The notes: generated from the sequence alone by a model not told the origin. A stretch of 64,000 nucleotides of DNA from an uncultured Clostridia bacterium (GCA_946411635.1 CAMKES010000001.1:151696-215695); one strand, 5' to 3'; counted from the first letter of the stretch, positions 44,474 through 54,320 are shown. Numbers and translations are program-made.

Positions 44474-44569
44474 ATCGTTTACAAATCCACCGATGATCGA
44501 AACAACATACCGGTAGAAACAGACCCGCTTTCCGATGCAGAATAACAGCGGAGAGAGGGGGGAGAACGG

Positions 44570-45748
44570 ATGCGGATCATGCTGCAGACGGCGGACCGCG
44601 CGCTTGCAAACGCGTATGAATCGGCGTCGAAACAAATCGACGGAGTCACGATCCTGGACGATGCGGCAAAGGTCATGGAACGGCTGCTGCGCGACCCGTT
44701 CGACGTGCTGATCGTCGACGGGCCGGAGGATCTGCATCCGTTCTATTTCGTCAGTCCGATCCTGCGTCCGGAAAACCTCGTGATCCTTGCGTGCCGTACC
44801 GCGGATCGCATTCCGTTTCATAAAGCCGTCACGTTCGTATTCGCGCGGGACGTTTCCGCATCGCGCGTCCTGTCGTTTGCCGGTTCGCTTCCGCCCGGAT
44901 GCACACGGCAGAACCCGGCGGCATGGCAGATCTCGGAATGCCTTCGGCGGCTCGGCGTTCCGGTGCACGTCAGCGGATTCGGCTATCTGTCGGAATCGCT
45001 CGGCCTGATGCTCCGCACGCCCGTTCCGACGGCGGTCGGACCGCTCGATTCCGTTTACGGGGCCGTCGCCGAAAAGATGCGGGTGAAACCGTCGGTCGTG
45101 GAACACGCGATCCGTCACGCCATCGACACGGCATGGCTGCGCGCGGATCCGGACGTGCTCGAGCAGACGTTCGGCTATACGGTCAGCGAGGAGCGGGGCA
45201 CGCCGTCCAACGCGGCGTTTTTGTTCCGGGCTGCCGATCAAATACGAATACAAAGAGGGGGGAAAACTATGACGGATGAGGAATTCTATGCCATCACGGA
45301 CAAACTGTACGCAATGTACGACAACAACGACGCGCTGCTGAATGCGGCGATCAACGTAACGCTGCAAGCGCTGGCCGTACCGGCTCAGCTGCTGGGATAC
45401 CGTTACATCTTTCTTGCCGTTCGGTATATCCGCACATTGCCCGCGGGATACCGGGCCGCGCTCGTGAAAGAGATCTATCCGTACGTCGCGGAGCAGATGG
45501 AAACGAATCCCGCAATGGTGGAACGTTCGATGCGCTATGCGATCGCAAAGGCGTGGAGCCGCGCCGATCCGGACACGCTCGTTTCCTATGTCGGACTGCG
45601 CGGGAAGAATCTCCGGTATCCGCCGACGAACGCGGAATTTCTGTACCTGGTCGCGGAGCGCGTACGCCTGTTTATCGGCGATCCGACCGGCGAAGCGCGG
45701 TATCAGCGCATCCTGCGGGAAATGGGATTTACCGATTCAAACGATTGA
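44570..45748 (+). CDS. spo0A: Spo0A-like regulator: atypical receiver domain plus two tandem Spo0A C-terminal DNA-binding domains
   Basis: Syntenic position directly after spoIVB. aa ~118-228 and ~258-368 each align to the Spo0A effector domain. The N-terminal ~110 aa is receiver-like. An in-frame internal SD+ATG lies at 45254-45271. Confidence 0.75.
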   Translation: MRIMLQTADRALANAYESASKQIDGVTILDDAAKVMERLLRDPFDVLIVDGPEDLHPFYFVSPILRPENLVILACRTADRIPFHKAVTFVFARDVSASRVLSFAGSLPPGCTRQNPAAWQISECLRRLGVPVHVSGFGYLSESLGLMLRTPVPTAVGPLDSVYGAVAEKMRVKPSVVEHAIRHAIDTAWLRADPDVLEQTFGYTVSEERGTPSNAAFLFRAADQIRIQRGGKTMTDEEFYAITDKLYAMYDNNDALLNAAINVTLQALAVPAQLLGYRYIFLAVRYIRTLPAGYRAALVKEIYPYVAEQMETNPAMVERSMRYAIAKAWSRADPDTLVSYVGLRGKNLRYPPTNAEFLYLVAERVRLFIGDPTGEARYQRILREMGFTDSND

Positions 45749-45803
45749 CGAGCACCGCATCTCTGTGCTAAAATTATATAAAATGACAGCATAGAGGTGC
45801 GAA

Positions 45804-46979
45804 ATGAAGAAAAGGGCAATTCTGATCGTTCTTGACAGCGCCGGCATCGGCGCGCTGCCGGACGCCGCGGATTTCGGCGACGTCGGCGCGAACACCATCT
45901 GCAATATCTATGAAAAACGCGGACGCCTGGACGTTCCGAATATGCGAAAGCTCGGACTTGCGCACATCGACGGCTGCAGACTTCCGAAAACGGACGATGA
46001 GCTGATCGGAAGCTATGCAAAATGCGCCGAACAGACCCATGCAAAGGATACCACCTGCGGACATTGGGAAATGGCAGGTCTTGCTCTGGACGAAGCGTTC
46101 AAGACGTATCCGAACGGATTTCCGAAGGAATTCATGGACGCGTTTGAGCAGCGCATCGGGCGCGGAACGCTCGGCAACGTCGTCGCAAGCGGCACGCAGA
46201 TCATTCAGGAACTCGGCGATGAGCACGTCCGCACCGGAAAACCCATCGTTTACACCAGCGCGGACAGTGTATTCCAGATCGCCGCGCATGAAGAGATCAT
46301 TCCGCTTCCGGAACTGTACCGGATCTGCGAGATCGCCCGTGAAATGCTGACCGGCGAATATCTCGTCGGCCGCGTGATCGCGCGTCCGTTCCTCGGCGGA
46401 AACGGGGACTATAAGCGTACCGAAAACCGCAAGGACTACGCCGTCGCGCCGTTCCGGGACACGATCCTCGACGGACTCGCCGGAAAAGGCATGGACGTCG
46501 TCGGCATCGGCAAGATCGAAGACATCTTCTGCCACCGCGGCATCACGACGGTCGATCATACCAAGAACAATCCGGACGGAATCCGCGCGACGCAGCGATT
46601 CCTCGATGAGGGAACGGGAGATTTCATCTTTACGAATCTCGTCGATACCGACATGCTTTACGGACACCGCAACGACTGGGAAGGATACGCAAGAGCGCTC
46701 GAGTATTTTGACGCGCATCTGCCGGAAATGTATCTTTCGATGCAGGAGGGCGATATCCTGTTCGTCACGGCGGATCACGGCTGCGATCCGACGTTTCCGG
46801 GCACGGATCACACGCGCGAATACATTCCGCTTCTGATCTGCGGAAAGCACGTGCGGCACGGCGTCGATCTCGGCGTCCGCAAACAGTTCTCGGACATCGG
46901 CGCAACGATCTATGAATACCTGACCGGCGAGAGCTGGCGGGAGGGCGAATCATTCCTGAAGGACATCTGGGAGGACTGA
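45804..46979 (+). CDS. deoB: Phosphopentomutase
   Basis: 391 aa; MKKRAILIVLDSAGIGALPDA...TTCGHWEMAG...TADHGCDP is typical of DeoB. Confidence 0.93.
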   Translation: MKKRAILIVLDSAGIGALPDAADFGDVGANTICNIYEKRGRLDVPNMRKLGLAHIDGCRLPKTDDELIGSYAKCAEQTHAKDTTCGHWEMAGLALDEAFKTYPNGFPKEFMDAFEQRIGRGTLGNVVASGTQIIQELGDEHVRTGKPIVYTSADSVFQIAAHEEIIPLPELYRICEIAREMLTGEYLVGRVIARPFLGGNGDYKRTENRKDYAVAPFRDTILDGLAGKGMDVVGIGKIEDIFCHRGITTVDHTKNNPDGIRATQRFLDEGTGDFIFTNLVDTDMLYGHRNDWEGYARALEYFDAHLPEMYLSMQEGDILFVTADHGCDPTFPGTDHTREYIPLLICGKHVRHGVDLGVRKQFSDIGATIYEYLTGESWREGESFLKDIWED

Positions 46980-46981
46980 AC

Positions 46982-47806
46982 ATGGAAGACATCATGCAGA
47001 TCATCAACAACGCGGTCGCGCTTCTGAAAGAGCAGGGCGCGGATAAGGCAACGGTGGGACTGATCCTCGGAAGCGGTCTCGGCGACTACGCCGAAACGCT
47101 CGAGAACAAGCGTTTCGTCAATTATGCGGATATCGAAGGCTATCCGGTATCCGGCGTCGTCGGGCACAAGAACCGCTTCGTCATCGGCGAAAAGGAAGGC
47201 AAGACGATCATTGCGATGCAGGGTCGTTTTCACTACTACGAGGGGTATCCGCAGAAGCTGCTCTCGCTCGGCGTCCGCACCATGCACAAGCTCGGCGTTC
47301 AGAAACTGCTCGTCACGAACGCGGCGGGCGGTGTGAACATGAACTATCATGCCGGCGACCTGATGCTGATCTCCGATCACATCAATCTGTCCGGCAGCAA
47401 TCCGCTGATCGGGCCGAATCTCAGCGAGTTCGGACCGCGGTTCCCGGATCAGAGCAACGTATACGACAAAGATCTTCGCGCAAAGATGATCGATCTTGCG
47501 GTCCGCAACGGGATCCCGATGCAGGAGGGCGTTTATCTGATGATGTCCGGTCCCTGCTACGAAACGCCGGCGGAGATTCGCATGGCGCGGATCATCGGCG
47601 CGGATGCGGTCGGCATGTCCACGGTCCCCGAAACGATGTGCGCGGCGCATTGCGGCATGAAGGTGCTCGGCATCAGCCTGATCACCAATATGGCCGCCGG
47701 CGTGCTCGATCAGCCGCTGTCCCACGCAGAAGTCACCGAGTGCGCGGCGAACGCCGCCGTGAAGTTCGCGGCGCTTGTCGATCTCATCCTGAAAGAGATC
47801 TTCTGA
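46982..47806 (+). CDS. punA: Purine nucleoside phosphorylase (PunA type)
   Basis: 274 aa; GLILGSGLG, MQGRFHYYEGY, VTNAAGG, GMSTVPE. Confidence 0.9.
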   Translation: MEDIMQIINNAVALLKEQGADKATVGLILGSGLGDYAETLENKRFVNYADIEGYPVSGVVGHKNRFVIGEKEGKTIIAMQGRFHYYEGYPQKLLSLGVRTMHKLGVQKLLVTNAAGGVNMNYHAGDLMLISDHINLSGSNPLIGPNLSEFGPRFPDQSNVYDKDLRAKMIDLAVRNGIPMQEGVYLMMSGPCYETPAEIRMARIIGADAVGMSTVPETMCAAHCGMKVLGISLITNMAAGVLDQPLSHAEVTECAANAAVKFAALVDLILKEIF

Positions 47807-47826
47807 GCCGAATCGTTTCCTGCATC

Positions 47827-47868
47827 AAAAAACGCTCTTTTCCGGATCCGGAAAAGAGCGTTTTGTTT
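47827..47868. terminator. Bidirectional rho-independent terminator
   Basis: Long palindrome CGCTCTTTTCCGGATCCGGAAAAGAGCG with A and T flanks, between convergent genes. Confidence 0.85.
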
Positions 47869-47876
47869 GAGCAGTC

Positions 47877-48734
47877 TCAGTTTTCTTTCTTGTCGTCGTC
47901 GAAGTTGAACGCGCCGGACGGCATGGACGAACCGGACGAGTATGCGGTACGCGCCTTTGCGGCTTTTTCTTTGTCGGTAAACTTTGCCGAGATCACGAAG
48001 ATCGAAGCGATGCCGAGGAGCGCAAGACCGAGGCAGACGTAATTGACGATCTCAAGCACCTTTGCATTGAACAGACCGTACAGCGTCTTCGTAAAGGATT
48101 TTTCGGTCGCGTCGGAACGCACGCCGCGGAAAGCGCTGATATAGACCTGATTTCCGTTTGCATCCGTTTCAGGCGTCGCATTATAGTATTTCTTTGCCGG
48201 GTCGTCCGTCTTTGCGGTCCCGAAGCAGCTCATACCGGAAGACGAGGTGCTCGGGAAGTTGTCCGGATGCGCGTCTCTTGCGGCGGTCAGAAGCACGGAG
48301 GCCTGTTCGGCGGTCAGCGTCTGGCTGTTCACGTCGATCGGGCCGTATTTCTTTTCAACGACGTTCGTCGTTCCGCCGAAGCAGGACATGCCGGACGACT
48401 GCTGTTCATTGATCGTATAGATGAACATGCCGTTTTCATCGGTATTTTTGGGGTTTTCCAGAACGTCTTTGAAGTCGTCCCGATACGCCTGCGTGACGCT
48501 GTAGTTGACCGACGCGTTCGTATACAGCGCGTACTGCAAGCCGTTCGAAAGCGCCATGATCAGCATCACGCCCGCGAGGCAGAAATAGACGATCCGGAGA
48601 AGCTTTTTGCCTTTATCGACACAGTCTTCTTTGAAGTTGTCGGTCGAGAACAGTCTGCCGCTGCCGCGGATCGCGCCGACGAGGACGTATACGCCCATTG
48701 CAAGCAAGAGGATCGGGAAAAGTAGTCCTAACAT
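47877..48734 (-). CDS. Membrane protein with duplicated SSGMSCFG motif, unknown function
   Basis: 285 aa; SD AAGGAGAA. Two N-terminal TM segments and one C-terminal TM segment flank a ~150-aa loop that carries the motif twice. 38 nt downstream of cysS. Confidence 0.7.
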   Translation of the reverse strand: MLGLLFPILLLAMGVYVLVGAIRGSGRLFSTDNFKEDCVDKGKKLLRIVYFCLAGVMLIMALSNGLQYALYTNASVNYSVTQAYRDDFKDVLENPKNTDENGMFIYTINEQQSSGMSCFGGTTNVVEKKYGPIDVNSQTLTAEQASVLLTAARDAHPDNFPSTSSSGMSCFGTAKTDDPAKKYYNATPETDANGNQVYISAFRGVRSDATEKSFTKTLYGLFNAKVLEIVNYVCLGLALLGIASIFVISAKFTDKEKAAKARTAYSSGSSMPSGAFNFDDDKKEN

Positions 48735-48772
48735 TTGTTTTCTCCTTGTTTTGATAATGGATTGGTCCTGTA

Positions 48773-50158
<1,386 letters not shown>

Positions 50159-50226
50159 GTTTTCCTCCCGGACGCCGCGGTTTGCCGGTCGTAACCGGAC
50201 CGCGGTGATCCTTTGTAATCTTAATT

Positions 50227-50255
50227 ATAATAAGTAAAATCCGTTGCTTTGTCAA
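50227..50255 (-). promoter_or_regulatory. sigma-A type promoter for cysS (TTGACA-17-TATTAT)
   Basis: The minus strand reads TTGACA aagcaacggattttact TATTAT. About 65-nt leader with one GC hairpin and SD GGGAGG. Confidence 0.7.
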
Positions 50256-50262
50256 TAAGCAT

Positions 50263-50291
50263 TTGACGAATCGCGGTTTTTGTACTATACT
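50263..50291 (+). promoter_or_regulatory. sigma-A type promoter (TTGACG-17-TATACT)
   Basis: TTGACG at 50263-50268 and TATACT at 50286-50291. Back-to-back with the cysS promoter. About 115-nt structured leader before the cohesin-like gene. Confidence 0.65.
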
Positions 50292-50412
50292 TGAATGGTA
50301 AAATGCTAACTATGTCCGCACGGTCCGGGAACTGCCGCGCCGTGCGGCCCGAACGGTTTTGCGCGCTTTGCGCAAAGCCGGAACACAACGATCATTCACC
50401 GGAGGATTGTCC

Positions 50413-51537
50413 ATGAAAAAAACGCTGATCTGCCTGCTGTCGCTTATCCTGCTGCTTGCGATCCCGTTTTCGGCGACGCACGCGGCGGAGACGCCCGGCG
50501 ATCTTCTGATCACGTCCGAGCCGATCGAAGGCGGCGTCGGAGATATCGTCAGAGTCAATTTCTATCTGTATCCGAATCTTCCCGACGGACTGAAGCTGAA
50601 CTCGATCTCCTGCATGATCAAGTTCGATCCCGAGTTCCTGAAGTTCGGAACGATCAACCAGATCGACGAGGAAGCGAATCTGGAGTCCCTGATGAAGGGA
50701 AAGAGCTCGCTGTTTCTCCACAATGAACCGGAACCCGGTCTGCTGAAGCTCGCCTTCAGCGACGGCTACGGCATTGAGAAGGAAGGGTTCTGGTTCCAGG
50801 CGGAATTCCGCATCGAAAAGGAAGGCGCGACCGATTTCGTTTTCAACGGGTTTTCGTATTCCGCGATCAGTGACGAAACGGGAAAGATGGAATCGTTCTA
50901 TATCGATCCCGTATCCGTCGGCGGCGTCTATACGTCGGGCGAGGCAGTCCCGACGGACGGCGCTGCGAATGAAACGTTCGCGCCGCTTTCTCCGTCCATT
51001 GAGACGCCCGCTGCATCGACGCCCACGCCGAAACCCGTGACCACGCCGGGACAGACCGTTCCCGTGACCACCACGCTTCCGACGTTCTCCGCGCTGCCCA
51101 GCGCTACGTCCGGCCCGGTGACGAAACACCCGCAGGTAACGCCGACGCCCGCGCCGAGCCGTTCTTCCGAAACGGACGCTCCGGCCTCCGGAACGCCTGA
51201 AACGACGACGCCTGTCACGTCCGCGCCCGCTACCGAAGCGCCCGCCAGTTCCGAGCCCACCGGCTCGGCGCCCGTCGACACCGAAGCGCCCGCCAGCTCC
51301 GAGCCCACGGAGGTCCCCGAAACGACCGAAGCGCCCGAGCAGACGCCGGCAACGATCCCCATCTCGGATGAGACGCCCGAACCGACTTCTTCGGAGCATC
51401 CGTCCGAAGGCGGTGACGCGCCTGCCGAAGGGACGATGAGCACGTTTGCGAAGATCGCGATCATCGGAGGCATCGCCGCCCTGATCGGAGTCGGCATTCT
51501 GCTGATCGTGCTGATCCTCAAGCGCCGTAGCGCGTGA
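50413..51537 (+). CDS. Cohesin-domain surface protein with C-terminal TM anchor
   Basis: Signal peptide MKKTLICLLSLILLLAIPFSATHA. aa ~30-190 align by eye with type-I cohesins (VGDIVRVNFYL...ISCMIKFDPEFLKF...LLKLAFSD...FQAEFRIEK). Long T/P/S/E linker, then a C-terminal TM segment plus KRRSA. Confidence 0.65.
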   Translation: MKKTLICLLSLILLLAIPFSATHAAETPGDLLITSEPIEGGVGDIVRVNFYLYPNLPDGLKLNSISCMIKFDPEFLKFGTINQIDEEANLESLMKGKSSLFLHNEPEPGLLKLAFSDGYGIEKEGFWFQAEFRIEKEGATDFVFNGFSYSAISDETGKMESFYIDPVSVGGVYTSGEAVPTDGAANETFAPLSPSIETPAASTPTPKPVTTPGQTVPVTTTLPTFSALPSATSGPVTKHPQVTPTPAPSRSSETDAPASGTPETTTPVTSAPATEAPASSEPTGSAPVDTEAPASSEPTEVPETTEAPEQTPATIPISDETPEPTSSEHPSEGGDAPAEGTMSTFAKIAIIGGIAALIGVGILLIVLILKRRSA

Positions 51538-51558
51538 CCGGCCGCATAAACCGTTCAT

Positions 51559-51593
51559 ACCCTTGCATTCTGTCGGATGCAAGGGTTTTTTTT
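51559..51593 (+). terminator. Rho-independent terminator
   Basis: Hairpin ACCCTTGCAT-tctgtcgg-ATGCAAGGGT followed by TTTTTTT. Confidence 0.85.
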
Positions 51594-51614
51594 CAGAATA
51601 CCGGACGCGGATTC

Positions 51615-51643
51615 TTGCGTTTTGGAAAGAAATGATGTAAAAT
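51615..51643 (+). promoter_or_regulatory. sigma-A type promoter (TTGCGT-17-TAAAAT)
   Basis: TTGCGT at 51615-51620 and TAAAAT at 51638-51643. Upstream of folT. Confidence 0.6.
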
Positions 51644-51672
51644 AATATGGTTTGCAGAAAGGGGGTGTTCGT

Positions 51673-52221
51673 GTGAAGAAGATTTCGACGCGTCAGCTGA
51701 CGTTTGCGGGCATGTTTACGGCCTTGGCGACGCTGCTTGCGATCTATCCGTTCACGTTTTATTTCCCGGATTACAGTCGTTTCACGCTCCGCGAAATCCC
51801 GATCTATCTCTGCTCGTTTTCGCTCGGTCCGATCTGGGGCGGGCTGTGCGCGCTCGTTTCCGATTTTCTCGGAACGTTGATCAGCAATTCCGGAAATGTC
51901 TTCAACCCGATGTTTTCGCTTTCCGCTCTGCTTTCGGGCGTGCTTCCGGGGCTTCTGTTCCGCTTTTTCATCAAAAGCAATAAGCTGAACCTTGCTGCGG
52001 CGATCTCGATCATCCCGGTCAACATCGCGGTATCCCTGTTTCTCACAACGCTCTGGTTCCAGATCATGGGATATACGGGCGGGATGCCCTTCTGGGCATA
52101 CCTGCTGATCCGACGGCTCTGGCTCGTCGCGGTTATGACGGTGATCCAGATCTTTGCCGTCTGCGCGCTGTATCCGGTCGTGCAGAGAGGCATTCAAGGA
52201 GGAAAATCAAATGACGTATGA
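51673..52221 (+). CDS. folT: ECF transporter S component, folate family (FolT-like)
   Basis: GTG start with SD AAAGGGGG. 182 aa with six TM segments. Directly upstream of, and overlapping, folC. Confidence 0.65.
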   Translation: MKKISTRQLTFAGMFTALATLLAIYPFTFYFPDYSRFTLREIPIYLCSFSLGPIWGGLCALVSDFLGTLISNSGNVFNPMFSLSALLSGVLPGLLFRFFIKSNKLNLAAAISIIPVNIAVSLFLTTLWFQIMGYTGGMPFWAYLLIRRLWLVAVMTVIQIFAVCALYPVVQRGIQGGKSNDV

Positions 52222-53485
52222 AGAAGCCATCGCCTATATCCACGGCATGTACTGGCGCGGCTCGAAACTCGGACTCGTACGGGTCACCGAGCTGTGCGAG
52301 CTGCTCGGGAATCCGCAGAACGGCCTGAAATTCATCCACGTTGCCGGCACGAACGGAAAGGGTTCGACCTGCGCGATGCTTTCGCGCATTCTTTGCGCGC
52401 AGGGGTATCGGACCGGTCTGTTCGTATCTCCGTTCGTCGATCGGTTCAACGAACGGATCCAGCTGAACAACGAGCCGATCCCCGACGACGATCTGGCGCA
52501 GATCGTTTCCGAGATCGCGCCCGTCGTCGATTCGATGGAGAATCCCGCGACCGAGTTTGAAGTGATCACGGCGGCGGCTTTCCTGTACTATTCGCGGCAG
52601 AAATGCGATTACGTCGTGCTTGAGGTCGGCCTGGGCGGCGAGCTCGATTCGACCAACGTGATCAATACGCCGCTTCTTTCGATCATCACCGCGATCGACT
52701 ACGATCATATGCACATCCTCGGGAACACGATCGAAGAGATCGCTTCCGCAAAGGCGGGCATCATCAAGGACGGCGGCACGGTCCTGTTCTACGGACAGCA
52801 TCCGGACGCGCTTCCCGTGATCGAAAACGCGTGCGAACGGCACGGCGCGGAACTGCACGTCGTCGACCGTTCTTCGCTTGTCGAGGAGACTTACGATCTG
52901 CACGGACAGACGTTTTCCTATCGCAATTACGCGCATCTGAAGCTCGGACTGCTCGGCAGGTATCAGATGCGCAACGCCGCGACCGTGATCGACGCCGTAG
53001 AGCTTCTGCGCAAAGCGGGCGTTGAGATCTCGGACGAAGCGCTCCGAAAGGGCCTTGCGGAAACGGTTTGGCCCGCGCGGTTTGAACTGCTGCGCGAAGT
53101 TCCGCCGTTTTTCGTGGACGGCGGACACAATCCGCACGGCGTTCGCGGCACGGTGGAAACGTATCAGCGCCTGTTCCCCGATCGGAAAGCGCGGATCATC
53201 ATGGGCATGATGCGGGATAAGGACGTTTCCGAATCCGTTCGTCTGCTGCTCCCGATCGCAAAGGAATTCTATACGGTCACGCCGCAGAACGACCGCGCCA
53301 TGCCGGGCGAAGAGCTCGCCGATCTGATCGGATCGTTCGGCGTGAAAGCAACCCCGTTCCGCACCGTTGCCGACGCCGTGGAGACGGCGGTCCGCGGCAA
53401 CGACCCCGCGCTGGCGGTCGGTTCGCTGTACATGGCGGGCGAAGTGCATCAGGCGTTTCGCGAGATCGGTCAAGGGGAACAATAA
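52211..53485 (+). CDS. folC: Folylpolyglutamate synthase / dihydrofolate synthase
   Basis: Start MTYEEAIAYIH with SD AAGGAGG. P-loop HVAGTNGKGST. Mur-ligase layout. Confidence 0.9.
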   Translation: MTYEEAIAYIHGMYWRGSKLGLVRVTELCELLGNPQNGLKFIHVAGTNGKGSTCAMLSRILCAQGYRTGLFVSPFVDRFNERIQLNNEPIPDDDLAQIVSEIAPVVDSMENPATEFEVITAAAFLYYSRQKCDYVVLEVGLGGELDSTNVINTPLLSIITAIDYDHMHILGNTIEEIASAKAGIIKDGGTVLFYGQHPDALPVIENACERHGAELHVVDRSSLVEETYDLHGQTFSYRNYAHLKLGLLGRYQMRNAATVIDAVELLRKAGVEISDEALRKGLAETVWPARFELLREVPPFFVDGGHNPHGVRGTVETYQRLFPDRKARIIMGMMRDKDVSESVRLLLPIAKEFYTVTPQNDRAMPGEELADLIGSFGVKATPFRTVADAVETAVRGNDPALAVGSLYMAGEVHQAFREIGQGEQ

Positions 53486-54273
53486 TGAAGCTGCTTGCGC
53501 TCGACATCGACGATACGCTCGTCAGCACCGGAAAGCTTCCCGATGAGCGGCTGAAGCGAGCCGTGCGTCTTGCGGAAGCGAACGGCGTCACGGTCGTGCT
53601 CGCCACGGGAAGAGGCTTTCTCGGAACAAAAGCGATCCGCGAGAGCCTTTCGCTTTACGGACCTTTGATCCATTACGGCGGCGCCGTCGTTTCGGACGGA
53701 AGGACCGGTGAACACCTGTACGAAAACTACCTGCGTCCGGAGGACGTCGTTACGGCTTTTGCGATCGCGGACGCGTATTCGATCCATGCGCAGATCTATG
53801 AGGGCGACACGGTCGTTTTCCGGCAGGCAAACGCCTTTACGGAGCGTTACACCGGCATCCTGAATCTGCCGTTCGTCGAAGATCCGCATCTTCTGTACCG
53901 ACCGCTCAATACCATTCCGAAGGTGCTGTTCGCCGTCGATCCGGCGCGGGAAACGGAACTGTATCCCGAGATCCGCGCGCTGCTGCCGCGGCATCTGTCC
54001 GTTCTCTGTTCCAAACCGGGTTTCATCGAGATCGGATCGGTCAGCGCCACAAAAGGAACCGCGCTGAAACGCGTCGCGGCGATGCTCGGTGTCGACCGGA
54101 ACGACGTGACGGCGGTGGGGGACAATACGCTTGACCTGGATATGATCGAATGGGCGGGCGTCGGCGTCTGCGTCGCAAACGGGAGTCCGATCGTCAAAGA
54201 AAAAGCCGATCTTGTGATCGGCGCATGCGACGAAGGCGGCGTCGCCGCTTATCTGGAATCCGTCTTCGCCTGA
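53485..54273 (+). CDS. Cof-type HAD-IIB hydrolase
   Basis: LLALDIDDTL (DxDxT), ATGRG, GDNTLDLDM. 262 aa. Confidence 0.85.
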   Translation: MKLLALDIDDTLVSTGKLPDERLKRAVRLAEANGVTVVLATGRGFLGTKAIRESLSLYGPLIHYGGAVVSDGRTGEHLYENYLRPEDVVTAFAIADAYSIHAQIYEGDTVVFRQANAFTERYTGILNLPFVEDPHLLYRPLNTIPKVLFAVDPARETELYPEIRALLPRHLSVLCSKPGFIEIGSVSATKGTALKRVAAMLGVDRNDVTAVGDNTLDLDMIEWAGVGVCVANGSPIVKEKADLVIGACDEGGVAAYLESVFA

Positions 54274-54283
54274 TATCGAATAA

Positions 54284-54314
54284 TAAACGGGAGCGAAAAA
54301 CGCTCCCGTTTTTG
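54284..54314. terminator. Bidirectional rho-independent terminator
   Basis: Hairpin AACGGGAGCG-aaaaa-CGCTCCCGTT with a T-run, between convergent genes. Confidence 0.85.
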
Positions 54315-54320
54315 TATGCG

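Noticed and set aside
44474-44569. Sigma-H or sigma-A promoter and 0A boxes upstream of the spo0A-like gene (GCAGAAT at 44537-44543, TAGAAACA at 44514-44521, GATCGAA at 44495-44501).
   Set aside because: The -10-like GAAT is present, but the -35-like element is poor and the spacing does not fit the consensus I can recall. No confident call is possible without TSS data.
50159-50226. Possible T-box leader upstream of cysS.
   Set aside because: The promoter-to-ATG distance is only about 65 nt and holds a single GC hairpin with no U-run. There is no room for stem I, a specifier loop, or a T-box/antiterminator.
50340-50385. Possible c-di-GMP-I (GEMM-I) riboswitch upstream of the cohesin-like gene, suggested by GCGCAAAGCCGG.
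   Set aside because: Only this one segment resembles the ACGCAAAGCC core. The upstream GGCAAAC element and the tetraloop/receptor architecture are not visible. The segment is more simply explained as the 3' arm of an 11-bp hairpin.
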